NCBI GenBank assembly: GCA_964016885.1
Contig: OZ024766.1
Span: forward strand, 15,066,001-15,130,000
From: Eledone cirrhosa
Taxonomy: Eukaryota
Reading direction: 5' to 3'
DNA: 64,000 bases
In this document: one piece after another, positions 53,778 through 64,000 of the stretch
Layout: each line of letters starts with the position of its first letter
How positions within the stretch are numbered: the stretch's first letter is position 1
Made by a program: the position numbers and the translations under genes
The notes under the pieces: generated by a model
Database searches by the model: none
What the model was told of the DNA's origin: nothing
Seen by the model: only the letters and a program-made list of their open reading frames with translations

Positions 53778-54337
53778 CGAGCTGACGTACCCAGCTTCGC
53801 CCGGGTAAACAGATGATAAAAGAAAAGGTCCCTATTTACTCCCTTCACAACTCTGTATGTTAGACTGACAGACAGGCACACAGACAGATAAACTGCGTGG
53901 CGATTGTGGAACGCCGCACGTATACACACATACACACACACAAACTTACACACGCACCCGTGCACTTACACACACGCACACACTCACACATGTTGATAGT
54001 TTTTACTTTCTGTGGAACGCTGCACGCACGCACACATACATAAACATACGCGCACGTACATACACACGCACACGTGTTAATAGTTATTGCTTTCCTTCCC
54101 CTCTTATTTCCACACACATCACACACACACACGTCTCTACACTGACACATATACATAGTGTATCCAACACAGCGTTCACTTTGCCTCTCTCCGCCTCTCA
54201 CTCTCTCATTAGCATTATACATATTAATTTAAGTTTGGCGTAGTTGAGGTGGGCGGAGTCGTTTGAAACCTATGAACCAATGATAATCGAGAATTATGAC
54301 ACATGGAATATTGACATTGTTGAAATTAATATATAGA
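53778..54337 (-). mobile_element. Mini-Helitron (about 560 bp), deletion derivative of the adjacent large Helitron
   Basis: 5' TCTATATATTAATTT at 54337. Body matches 59765-60179. 3' end TACCCGGGCGAAGCTGGGTACGTCAGCTCG (CTAG mutated to CTCG). Confidence 0.85.
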
Positions 54338-57300
54338 CTAGCTGACGTACCTAGCTTCGCCCGGGTAAACAGATGATAAGAGAAGACAGGTAAAAGAGAA
54401 AATGTCTGTATTGGATGTTTGTCTGGTTACAGTGTGAGGCGAGTCCGTGTTGTCTGTGTGATACAAAAAAACAGTAAAAATAATCTTCCAGATATACCAG
54501 ATTCTTCGTCGTGCGGTTTGTGCATAGTATATGAACAATTCTAGGTGCTCCCACCTAGAATAGTGACCTCTAGGAGATGGTTCCTCTTCTGCCTGACTGG
54601 AAAACGTGTATCATTGCATAGACGTGGTTGTTCCACGTTTCTCAAAAGGATGATGGAAGTTCCAATCTTTTATATTATATGTAGATATAGATATAGATAA
54701 TTAATAAAAAAGATGTCCGTCAATGTAAAGAAGGTCCCTATTTACTTGAAATGGTTTATACAAATGCCAAATTAATATGGATATGGATAACATGCTTATC
54801 TATAAGTGGTCAGCTATAATAATAAAACAACAAATTATATGACACAAAAATTTATTCAGTAATTTCCAGGCTCTTAGCCACTGAGTAATAGACAGTCAAT
54901 ATTGCCCAGAGTTCAACTCGGGGAGGTGGCCTGGTTTGAACTCAAAATGGCGGATCCTTCTACTTCGAAAATAGAATCGTTTTTCAATATTACTCTAGCC
55001 CTGGCCGGCCATAGACACCAAACTTTTTGCCAGACTCAGCATATGATGAGGTTTTATTACCACTGCAATCAGAAGCGATAAATTTGAAGGCAATTTCTAC
55101 CAATACTTGTTGGTTTTTATTGCTCATTATCGACAATAAATGACATTGGACATAAATGATAACTCTGCCAAAGCTCACAATACAGATGAAAGGAAACCAA
55201 TGTCCGAATCATATACGTCGCTTATTGATAGCTTTAAAGATATGCATACATCAGCTCAAAGCTTCATTATAGACAATATTTAGGTTTGTTACTCTGTTAG
55301 TGGTATCAATTGCAAATTTTATACCATCAGGATCGCACACTCGAGATGCAGCAACATAGAGTTGCCCATGGCTGAATGCTGGATCATTCAAGTAGACACC
55401 GACTCGCTTGAAAGTCTGTCCCTGTGCCTTGTTGACAGTCATGGAGAAGGCCAAATTGACGGGAAACTGTCTCCTTTGCCAAATAAATGGCAGCAGATCT
55501 TCACTTGGTCTCAGCATGATCCTCGGAATGAGAACCGATTCCTCTCTGCCTGGGAGTTTAGCTTCTAAAACTCTTCCGTTAATCAATCTCTCAACAATCA
55601 ATCTGGTACCATTGCAAAGACCCATTTTATGATTGATATTTCTAAGCAATATAATCGGCAAACCCTTTTTCAACCTCAAAATATGTGGGGGAAATCCGGG
55701 TATTTGAAGTGAATTCAGATACTCAGTCGGAACATCCATACTGTTCTGCTGATTAGGCTCCATTGCATACGCACTGACGGTCAACCATTCCTCTCCAGGA
55801 AACATTCCGGCTACTTGTGAATTTATTTCATCGACCGTTGTATTCGTATGAGTTAGAATAACACGTTCCGATATCCAGGAGATATTCTGCCAAAAAGCAT
55901 TCAAATTAGGGAACACCCAGTCAATCAAGCCTTGGCGGTCCAGTGGCATGACCAAATGGTCTGGGATTCATACAGTCTGATTATCACCAACGTGTGGCAA
56001 TTCATCGTTTCCCAACTGCATCAACCATCGGCCGTATGTCTCAGCCTCTTCGTTTTGCCCGAACATAGGAAGTCGCATATTATCGTGTAATCGCAAAACT
56101 CTGAAATGGCCCCACAACGGGGACTTTTTCAGACATGCATCGACAATTTGCGCTCTTTGAGCATTCCTAACAATTGGTAGCACCTGTCTGAAATCGCCAC
56201 CAACAACGATAGTCTTACCACTGAATGGCAGGTCACTACCGCAGATATCTCTCAATGTTCTGTCCAATGCCTCCAGCAAATATCTGTGTGCCATTGGAGC
56301 CTCGTCGCAAATAATCAGAGACGTATTGCGTATAAGGCCCGCGAGTTCACTTTGTCCTGTAATATTACAGACACTCAACTCATCTGGAGCCAATGGAGCC
56401 TTGAAGCATGAGTGGAAGGTCCTTCCACCACTCAGCAAAGTGGCAGCGATGCCCCTGGTGGGCACAGGGAGAGCAATCTTCCTCTGAGCTCTGACTGCCG
56501 ATAACATAGTGTTGAAACAGAATGTCTTTCCGGTGCCTCCTGGAACATCTATGAAAGCACAAAGTTGCTCATTAGTGGAAATCGAGTGGAGAGCGCCATC
56601 GACCAATTCTCTGTGAGATTGGGTCAACATTGGCATACGTTCATCCACAATACGTTGCTGTTCCAGTGGATCAAACTGGAATAGTTCCCTCCGATCGAGT
56701 GGCAACCGTCTAAGCTGCAATCTCATGTTCAATGCTAAGACACGTTGCCACATTTCTTCATCAGGAATTGGCAAATTGAAATCTGTTAAACATTTCAAAT
56801 GAACTTCGAGCAGTTGCTCAATATTGAGCAAAACAATAGCCTTCATCAAATGTTCATCATAGACCTGAAGATGGTGCCTAAAATCATCAGCCATAATTCC
56901 CCAATGGCGTTCAAATAACTCTCTTGGATCGGCAGAATTGCAGAATCCTAGAATCGTGACAAACAACTGCCATATTCGAGCTGGCATCTGTGTTGTTCCT
57001 GCAGCTTCCATGGCGTTATTCCATTCAGCGTCATCCTGAAGGAGTCCCAGATGCTGACACACAGCCTGGTATCTTTTATATTCCACGCCATTGATTGTTT
57101 TCAAATCAGCGAAGCTCTGTTTACCTCTCGAAAAATCACTATGCAACAGAATTCGGAGATAAAACACATCACCAGATGCTGGATGGACATTACAAACCCG
57201 TCCAATAGTCATGAATCTCAACTTTTGTTTTCTATCATTCCATTTCTTTCCCTTCTTATCCCACGTATAGTGCGAAGGGAAATCGCAGTAGAGTTGCTTT

Positions 57301-60179
57301 TGATCCGGGTTCAAAGCATGTTCCCTATTATGCTTGAACCACTCAGTCAATTCCGTCTTAGGAGGTGGTGCGTTAGCAATTCTTTCGATACCTCTTCTAC
57401 TGTCCTTAAAACAGACCATTTGCCTATTCTCTAAGTGAACCGTCAGTTTCTGAACGCTGTGTTTGCGTTCATTGAGATCAAAATCGAACAATCTCCAGCA
57501 AGCTTCGCTAGATCCAATCGAGCGAACATCCTGGAACCTGCCAACTTCATCTCCTTGGTTCGCTTCCTCATTCCTGACATTCATCATTGCCCCATCATGA
57601 CCTTTGTAAACATACTTGAATAGATATTTGCAAGCTTTCACTGAGCTACAAATTTCCACATTAATATGACAACGATATTTCATAATCAAATATGGATTGT
57701 ATGGCACAACCCATTGATTTGTAACCTGTCGACCGTTTACATTTTCGACCAAACCGCCATCGGCAGGCGACCGTCTTCTGTATGAGGGATGAGCATCCCC
57801 ATCATTCCAGGAAGTGTTCCTGACAAAAGATTTCGGAAAGTGCTTACTGCATTGGCCATTTTTCATGCAAGGCGCTTTCCGATTTGCCACTCCGCATTGG
57901 TTGTGCACCATTGACTTTGCCACCAAGTTGCATAGTGCCTCATTCTCCGGCAGTTCAGCACACACAATGCTGTCGACATCCTCAGCACATCACAATTTGC
58001 AATCTCTATGTAAAATGATCAGCAAATGTGCATGTGGCAATCCTCTTTTTTGGAATTCAATTACGTATGTAAAAGCAACTATACCTCCAAAGATTCCCTC
58101 TTTTTCCACATCATCCATTATCTTTTTCAGATATCCTTTGAATACTCTTGCCACAATATCAGGACGGTCCTTTGGCTGTTGTCCTGGCAAAAGTGCATCC
58201 TTAATATCAGTCCATTCAGGATTGCATGTAACCGTTATAAACAAATCTGGCTTTCCAAACTTTCTGACAATAGCCATTGCATCCTGATAGCGAATGTTCA
58301 TATATCTCGGGCCGCCGATGAACGACGATGGCAAAATGATGCGTCGACCAATTTGCTTGTAATTGGCATCATTGGCTGTTATCGCATCCTGTATATTATT
58401 ATACAATTCAGCTCTGATATGTTGCTGATGTGTAGCTATATAATTTAGCCTTTGATTTTCGATCTTTGCGTATGCCATACAACAGTATTCCTGGAACAAT
58501 CTGCTGGCTTGAAATAGCGCATTTCTCTGTTGATTCCTCTCGTTCAAATGGAACGCGTAAAAGTCGCGAATTGAATTATTGTGTCTATTGCCACCTCCCT
58601 GTTGATGCTGATTCTCATGATCATCTAAATGAACAGACATGTTCCATCCATTTTCACCTTTTGGGAATAAAAGAACATAATGCAATGGATGGTATGTCCT
58701 ATTTGACTCATTGATAGTGTTGAGACCACCATCTCTGCGATTGAGGGCTATATCTCTCGATCCAGGCTTATCGTCCATCAACACAGCAACTTCACGAAAT
58801 CCTTCGGGGGCATTATATCGCCGTTCGTGTTGATTCCTTGGCACTGCGTCAGCCTTAATCACCAATGTTTGTTGCTGAACATTCTGCAGTTCAGCCACCA
58901 ACATGAAATCCATAACATAAGGATTACACTGTCTAAGCCATGATTGCAAATCATGGATCAAATCACTTAACCTTTGCCGTTCAAGTTCAGTTATATTTCC
59001 CGGCAACTTCATCCAACCGATCCTGATATCCTCCTCCGATTCACTATAATCTGGATTGTTAACGTAAATTTGAGCGAATCAAGGCCTCTCTCCTGGGGTA
59101 ACTTCTAAATTATCGATACAATGATACAAACGGCATTGAATGACGACATTCGGTTGCCATGCTCCACTCTCAAACATCTCACTAACTCTCTGCGATGCTA
59201 AAGCTAATAAATTGTTAATTTGCCGCGAATATTTGCGCAGTAATCTACCTCGGTCTCATTGATCACCCCACATACTTAGTATTTTAAACTCCGGTGACTC
59301 CCCATCATCCGGCATTCGCAAAGGTTCTAGTTGAACTGCTCCTTTGTGACAGCACATTGTGGTCCACGTCTTTTCGTGCCACCAAAGCAATGCTCCACAA
59401 TGTGGAGACCCTGGTCGTCCACCAATCTGACAGTGACACGGTTGCCATGATCCATTTTTAATATCATTCGTTCGCCTCTTTACTGGAATGAGGAGCACTT
59501 TGCGACACATTCCCTGAACTTCTGTATTGCGGTGGCGCTGTTCAGCCAGCTCCTCTTCATCCACCGGAGCACGCCATTGCTGCTGAATTCTGGCCACCTG
59601 CTGATGATGCTCAGCCAGTTCGTTTTTCAACCATCGCAGCACTCCGTCGCCGCTGTAGTTCACTGTTTGATAAAGTCGAATTGCTTTTCTTATCAGTATT
59701 CATTTGGAGCAATTGTAAAAAAAAATGACACAATAATAAATATAAAAGATGTCCGTCAATGTAAAGAAAGGTCCCTATTTACTCCCTTCACAACTCTGTG
59801 TATGACAGACAGGCACACAGACAGATAAACTGCGCGGCGATTGTGGAACGTCACACAAATACACGCATGGAAACGCGCACACGCACACAAACTTACACAC
59901 GCACACACTCACACATGTTGATAGTTTTTACTTTCTGTGGAACACTGCACGCACGCACACACACATAAACATACGCGCACATACATACACACGCATACAT
60001 GTTAATAGTTATTGAACACAGCGTTCACACTCTCCCCTCTCACTCCCTCATTGGCATTATGCATATTAATTTCAGTTTGGCGTCGTTGGGGTGGGCGGAG
60101 TCGTTTGAAACCTATGAACCAATGATAATCGAGAATTGTGACACACGGAATACTGACGTTCTTCAAATTAATATATAGA
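54338..60179 (-). mobile_element. Near full-length Helitron (about 5.8 kb)
   Basis: 5' A|TCTATATATTAATTTG at 60179. 3' TACCCGGGCGAAGCTAGGTACGTCAGCTAG at 54338. RepHel coding region in between. Confidence 0.93.
55251..59663 (-). pseudogene. Helitron RepHel (HUH Rep plus PIF1-family helicase) broken into four ORFs by frameshifts/stops
   Basis: KPDLFITVTCNPEW, EFQKRGLPHAHLLI (HUH), KYLFKYVYKG, PGGTGKT (Walker A), ICDEAPM, GGDFRQVLP, GLCNGTRL, RRQFPVNLAFSMTVNKAQGQT, FSHGQLYVAASRV. Confidence 0.95.
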
Positions 60180-60925
60180 TATATATATCATCATCATCAT
60201 CATCATTTTACGTCCACTTTTCTCTGCTTGCAAGCCATGTGCCTCTTCCTATATATACATATATACTATATACATATACACACATATACATATATATATG
60301 TATGTATATATATATATGTATATATATATACGTACTTAATACATGCATACATTTATTTTTTTAAAATTAATTGAGTTCTTAACACGCAGGATTAAAATTG
60401 TTTTTAAAAAAACTAATTAACCCACGTGTATATTATTTTACTTTCTTGTGTTTCGCGATTGCCTCCCTTTTCCGCTTCGTGACGCTGTGATATTCCTCAG
60501 TCTAGGACTGCTGGAATTTCAAATTTGGCGGTCATTATGATGCGTGAAGGGACGACTTAGCTGACACAAAAATAACTGCGGTAAGAAATTTTTTCTTATA
60601 TCAATGTTTGAAGGGCATCCACTGATGATTTATAAGGCCCACCTGCATATGTTCTTACAGAAAAATATGTAGGCTTCTACATAAACCGGAAACATTCTCC
60701 CAACTTGTAGAAAACTTATAATGAAACAATTGTTTGGAAAGAGAGATATATTTTAATTTTAATTATATCTCATATAAAATAATACAACTGGCTTTCCACA
60801 AAATACATATAGTTAGCACCCCAAACACAAAATTGGGATTATACTAAGGTATATCCTAATGTTTGTTGAGTGAGATGGTAGCCAGTCAGAGTTTAGCTTA
60901 AAGCTTTCTCTGTTATTGTATTAAA

Positions 60926-60956
<31 letters not shown>

Positions 60957-60974
60957 GTATCTATATATATATAT

Positions 60975-63960
60975 CACCTTGACCGACCAGTCTGTCGGGC
61001 GTCCATTCGACGCCGCTGGTCACAGCACGCCGTCCATTCCTCTCTGGATTGTGCTTTCCTCATCCATGTAGTCCCAATCATATTCCTAAAATGATCTGCC
61101 ACCTTCATGGAGGCCTTCCGAGTGGTCGCTTCCACTCGCACAGGTACCACTCCGCAACTGCGCAGGTCCAGCGATTATCGGTGAACCGGGCGACGTGTCC
61201 AGCCCATCTGAACTTGCTGCGTATATATTGCGCGATGACGTCCCTCACACCGGACTTCTGTCTGATGACTTCGCTCCTGATGTGCTCTCTCAACGAGATT
61301 CCTAGCATTGATCTCTCCATGGCTCTTTGAGCTGTTACCAGCCTCTGCTCTTCTCTCTTCGTTGTAGCCCAAGATTCACTGCCATATAACTTTGTAGGTA
61401 AAACTGTGCTATTGAAGAAGTTGGCTTGGGCGATCTTGTCTAACCTCCCCTTGAGCACATCCCTTATGCCGCTGAACGCCTTCCATCCGGCCTTTACTCT
61501 CTGCGAGATCAGCCTCTCAATGTCTCAGCGCATGTTCACTTCTTGTCCTAGGTAGACGTATTCCTCCACCTCCTCTATTTCATCACCGCCAACCACCATT
61601 CGACCTGTTGGTATGTTGTCGGACCGCATGAAGTTCATTTTCATGCTGTTCATCTTGAGGCCTACTGCAGAGCTTTTGATGTCGAGCTCCGTCAGCATGG
61701 TCTGAAGCCGATCCGTGGTTTCAGCGATGAGTACGATGTCATCAGCGAAACGGAGGTGGGTAAGTATCTCCCCATTGATGGTGACACCGCCTTGCCAGTC
61801 AATGCCTCTGAAGATCTGCTCGAGACACGCGGTGAAAACTTTTGGAGAGATCGTATCTCCTTGCTTCACTCCCTTCTCGACCGGCACTCGTACGGATGAT
61901 GACAGCAGAGCTGTGTCGGTGGTGCATCCGGAATTCGCCTCCTTGAGCAGTTGAACGTATTGCGCCTCGACTCCTTGCCTCTGCAGCGAGTTCAGCACTG
62001 CGTTGATTTCGACGCTGTCGAAGGCCTTCTTGTAGTCTACGAACGCGACGCAAAGAGGCATCTTGTACCCTTTTGCTTGCTCAAGCAGTTGTGTCAGAGT
62101 AAATATGTGGTCCATCGTGCTGTAGTTCTTCTGGAAGCCGGCTTGCTCTTTCGGTTGCTGTTCGTCCAGATGATGTGATAACCTGTTCAGGATTATCTTC
62201 GTGAACAGCTTGTACACGTGAGACAGCAAGAATATGGGTCGGTAGTTCTTCAGATCTTCTCTATCGCCCTTCTTTTATAGCAGGATCGTATTCGACTCTT
62301 TCCACTGCGAGGGTATTCTTCCCTCGTCCAGATCGTGTGTGAATCGCTCGGCGAGGATTTTCCAGAGCTGCTCTCCGCCTGACTTCAACACCTCCGATGT
62401 TATGCCGTCTTTCCCTGGCGCCTTTCCGCTTTTCATCACGCCGACGGCTCTTTCCACCTCACCGACAAGGATGGGTGGCACATTTTCTTCCTGTTGGAGT
62501 GACGGCAACGGCTGCACATTCCCGGCAGACTTGAAGAGCTTGGTGTAGAGGTCTTCGTAAATCTTTTCCATCTCATTCTTGTCGCTGACCGGTACTCCAG
62601 CTGTGTTCTTCAGGGTCGTCACCTCCGATCTGTACATTGCCATGTCCGTCTCGCATTTCTTGAGGCTTTTCTTTTCCTCTGCGGCCTTCAGGAGCTTCCC
62701 CATCCGGTATGGCTCGAAGTCACTCTTCAGTTGCCGTATCACTCTGCTGAGAAGGGAATATTCGAGGTGATCTTCAGGTGTCCCCTTCATAATCTTCCTC
62801 TTCTCAAGCAACTTCATAGTTTCCTCCCAGACTCTTCCCTTCCACTCCTTCGGGCACACACCCTTAGCCTTCCTCAAGCACTCCTTCAGTTTCCTTATCA
62901 GTGAGTCGTAGTCAGCGTCTATGCCGTCTCCTTTACACCACTTTTCCTGCATGATGGCTTCCTGCTGCTGCGCCTCGTTGAAGACCCAGACGCGTTCTCC
63001 CTTTGCCGCCAAATGCAGCACCTTCTTTTCCCTCGTCCGATCGATGACGACCTTCGCCCTCACCAGACGATGATCACTGCCAGTGTTAAATGGCGTTATG
63101 ACGGAGACGTCCTGCAGTATACGTCGCTTGTCGACCAGGATGTAGTCGATCTTGTTTCCGTGCTCAGAATTTAGCGATACCCAGGTCCATCTTTTCTCCT
63201 CCTTCTTCCTGAATAGGCTGTCTCCAATGTAGAGCCGTCTCATCTCCGCCATGGTGACCAGACACTCTCCTCTCTCATTTCGATCTCCTAGGCCGAATTT
63301 TCCTACATACTCTTCCCCTTGCCGTCCCTGTCCGACCTTTGCGTTGAAGTCTCCCATCACTACGGTGTAAGTGGACTTCACAGCTAGCACTTTGTCTAGC
63401 TGGCGATAGAATTCTTCCACTTCCTCGTCGTCGCTGGCACTTGTGGGAGCGTAGGTTTGGATGATCTTGAGGGTGGCCTTCCCTGAGAGGTTTACGTTCA
63501 CTACACCAATCCGTGACAATATGAACTGGCAAGAAGCGACCTTCGAAGCCCATTCCTTGCTTACGATAAACCCTATACCAATCTGGCATCCTCTGCTTTC
63601 CCGAGTCTCACGGCGCATCCATCTTGCCATCGGGAATTCGCCTCCTTCTTCTGGCGGGTCTCGCACAGCCCTAACACGTCCCACCTGATCTTCTTCTTCT
63701 CCTCCATTAGGTGGTTCAGTCCTTGCCCCCCTGCCAAAGACCTGCAGTTGTATGTGCATATGGCAAGGTTAGTCCTGTTCCATGGCGGCCTTCGTGAACC
63801 TGTGATTCTTAGCAGCCTTTCGTCGCTCGGGTTGCACTCCGACGTCATGGAGTAGCCCGATTGACTCGCATGGTACTGAGGCCCTTTTCTTCGTGCTGTT
63901 TTAACCATAAGATGACGCCATCCCATTGGCTGGGCGGGCAGGCCGGTACCTCTTCAGTTT
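60975..63960 (-). mobile_element. Near full-length RTE-1-type LINE (APE endonuclease plus RT), frameshifted
   Basis: ICTYNCRSL, WDVLGLCETR, IIQTYAPTS, VMGDFNAKVG, SDHRLVRAK, GKAPGKDGI, FVDYKKAFDSVE, GVKQGDTISPK, HLRFADDIVL, KFRWAGHVAR. The 3' end abuts (TA)n. Confidence 0.95.
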
Positions 63961-64000
63961 AGCTAGCTTTTGAACTCTAGAAGATGATGAATCATCTCTA

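Noticed and set aside
60615-60700. CTGATGA...GAAAC hammerhead-like spacing
   Set aside because: No convincing stem I or stem III pairing and no properly placed NUH site.

Overview
AT-rich, repeat-saturated animal genomic DNA, most consistent with an octopus or other coleoid cephalopod (inferred from the C2H2 zinc-finger style '[14 protein letters not shown]', RTE-LINE (CAT)n tails, tRNA-SINEs and long TA/TG microsatellites). It contains a 200-N gap. Host coding content is sparse: three phase-compatible minus-strand exons of an ankyrin-repeat gene, one symmetric EGF-like exon, and a disrupted C2H2 zinc-finger array. Mobile DNA dominates: two Helitrons with recognisable termini (one nearly full-length and fused head-to-tail to its own mini-derivative), RTE/CR1/Tx1/RTE-X LINE fragments, hAT, piggyBac and Tc1 MITEs, SINEs and TE-derived minisatellites. 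The most notable unannotated signal is a set of type-I hammerhead ribozyme motifs (CUGANGA...GAAA, palindromic stem III, NUH site). Several sit at or next to the symmetry axis of long fold-back palindromes, and two lie in direct orientation about 1.18 kb apart. This suggests Penelope/retrozyme-like self-cleaving elements. All pairings and alignments were read by eye, and most long ORFs in the supplied track are microsatellite artefacts.
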